Origin: Balanoglossus misakiensis | Lineage: Eukaryota; Animalia; Hemichordata | Reading direction: 5' to 3' | DNA: 64,000 nucleotides | NCBI GenBank assembly: GCA_040954595.2 | Contig: CM082595.2 | Span: forward strand, 1,924,635-1,988,634 | Part shown: one piece after another, positions 58,868 to 64,000 of the stretch | Numbering within the stretch: the stretch's first letter is position 1 | How the letters are laid out: every line of letters begins with the position of its first letter | The notes under the pieces: model-generated | Database searches by the model: none | Seen by the model: the letters and a program-made list of their open reading frames with translations, nothing else | What the model was told of the DNA's origin: nothing | Made by a program: the position numbers and the translations under genes

Positions 58868-59790
58868 GACTAGAGTATGCGCGCAGTTAGAAATTCCGCC
58901 CGAAAATGACTTTGCCGCAAATCTCTCGTGACAGCAAAACAGAAATCATCATGCCTAGACTGATGATACTGTGGCGATGTGCAAACGTTACAAAGCCCGG
59001 ACAGGGATTGCAAAACGTAAAACATCTGTCAATTTCAAGAGCGCATAATTCCAAGAACTCCAGTCGAGTGAAATTGAGCATGAATGGACATGGCTATTTC
59101 TTAGGCCTACGACTGGGTCGGATCGGAATTTAGGAGGCAGTTGATATATGGCAAAAAACGACGTGCATTTCTCGGTGTTGATGTAGTAGACCCTGTTTAT
59201 TGACTGTGTGCGGTAGGCAAGAAAATATTTCCCAAGTTTTTTTATCGTAGCCAGGGCCTGGTCATGTCGGGTAACAACATCACACAGCCCTGTCACGCAG
59301 TGCTTGCGACGATGGAAAACTATGAGCTATCCGCTGGCGATATTTATTATCCTTAGAATATCTTAAGCATTGAAAGTATAAGTTAACACTTATCAATTCG
59401 TAATCATGCAAATCATGTTGTAATTTTCCAAAACATAAATTATCTCCGTCGCGAACTTGTCAATTGCAGATAAACGGGAAAATGATGTCATTGACTGCTC
59501 TGCTGCTGCCATGGAACCCTTCGCAGGGGGTATGATGCTACGTAGTTGTGATACGTTTTCTTAGTGCGCTGAACTATTTTCTATCATCAGACGGCATGTG
59601 ATAATACACGTAAGTAAAAACTGTGAAAGTTCATCAAAAATATATTCATATTATATGAAACATTTTTTATCATTTATTATATGCGCAACTCTTCGTATTA
59701 CAGCTTAAAGTGTATTTTATCAGCCAGTGCGTATTGATACAAAATTACCCAGCAAACAGTAGTGCGGCTCCAGTAGGAAAGAGAACCAAG

Positions 59791-62603
<2,813 letters not shown>

Positions 62604-64000
62604 GTAAGTATGAAAAAAAAAGAATTCCTTTTGCCAATGTATGTGTAAGTAACCATTGGCGAATCCAGAAGAAACTGTTCTGGTCGTGGTCAAGATTCTC
62701 CAAGACCCCAACAATTACCATGTGCTGCTAATGTAATAATGTTAACATGGGTAGTGTACTATGCATCTGCAATGTACAGTACAGTACAATGGATTGCTGT
62801 TTAGACTGAGAAATGAATCTGAGAAATTTCAGCCGCAATCATAAACCGTTCCAGCTTAAAACCAGATAGGATGTTGTCTAATGCCGGGCTTTGCATAGTT
62901 GCATCATAACACCCTTGATTAGAAAACGTCGTCCCAGTAGAATTAAACTGGAATGCCAGATAAAGAACTTTGTGTGCAAGTAATCTCAACAAATGATGAA
63001 AGCAAGACAGTAGCTTTGTATGAACTATTTGAGGTAATAAATATATAGCCATGATCTTTGTCAACGTATCAATCATGCAACTTGGAAATTAACGTGGATG
63101 TCTTATCTCGCCATCGGATTTCAATGATACACAGGAGATTAGTATGAACAAATGTGCTTTGTCCTTTTATTGGCTGGTATAAGTCAAGGAAATTTTTTAT
63201 TGTAATTCCTTTGGTTGGAAGATGGGTAATTATCAGACAGAATAGTGTATGTACTAAACGTGCACAAATTCTGGTGAGTCTCAGGAACTTTATAGATTGG
63301 GCTCGGTTGGTCGTAGGCATACTCAAACATACCTGCACTGATTTCATGCTAAATTTGTACTTACGAAACTGACTGCACTGTTCTGTACACACTTTTCTGT
63401 CCATCGCAATCATCAGATTTTCTCAACTTTTCATGAACATAAAGGTCCTTAGGTTAATGGGTACTGTGCTTCCGTAGGAAGATTATACAGTGATTGCCAT
63501 AACAATTAATTCCATAAAACTATTTTTATTTCTCCAGGATGCTTTGCCACCTCAAGCGTAAAACCTCTAGAGGTTTCTCCCACATTAAATTCATATCTGT
63601 GATATTTAGGTGCCTTTGGTGGGAATATTTTCAAAGTGCAAAATTCTGTCTATTAAAGGCCGACGATCATCTTATGTGCATGTGTAATTTCGTGTGTTTA
63701 AACATTACATCCAATCAAAATGTTCTGCAATGTTTCCATATTTTAAATTATTGATGAGCTTCTGAATCAAAAAAATTGTCTGTTCATATATATGTGTTAG
63801 CATTGAACGCAGATTGAATAAAAAGGGAAATCCAGAATCGATTGAATTATGAAAATCTTAGAAATAATCCTGAATTTGTCTGATGTAAACGTCTAGTTTC
63901 TTTTTTTCATCTCTGTCAGATTTCAGAGTTAATTTCAGACCAGGTAAAAAAAATCAAAGCTGAAAATGAAATTAATGGAATGGTGGGCAATGGTATGGCT

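Overview
AT-rich, gene-dense animal genomic DNA with short spliceosomal introns; it looks like an invertebrate, probably a marine deuterostome (inference from gene content, not provable here). I reconstructed 14 protein-coding loci by hand: TMEM107 (-), two tandem full-length beta'-COP genes (COPB2 copy A canonical, copy B divergent; +), TMEM201 (-), SLC35E2-like (+), PHB2 (+), a LYPD6-like GPI-type three-finger protein (-), CDC42 (+), PTPN11/SHP2 (+), an intronless class A GPCR (-), CEP104 (+), an FN3 single-pass protein (+), a secreted beta-lactamase-fold serine hydrolase (-) and the 5' part of FOXJ2/3 (+). Main points: (1) the second beta'-COP is intact and is a patchwork of strongly diverged exons and near-identical, apparently gene-converted exons, with one intron missing and one extra, making it a candidate alternative COPI coat subunit; (2) a composite C/D-H/ACA scaRNA of the U85/U89 family, with guides for U5 snRNA Cm45 and Psi46, lies inside the AT-AC minor intron of PHB2; (3) inverted intronic repeats flank three PTPN11 exons, and one arm can also mask the donor that splits the catalytic motif; (4) a U12 intron and X-boxes in TMEM107, a candidate CEP104 microexon, several MITE families, and gene content matching the human 1p36/12p13/17p13/3q paralogon. 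No CRISPR, rRNA or intact tRNA was seen. Coordinates were counted by eye and may be off by a few bases; no searches were run, and comparisons to human or yeast genes are from memory.
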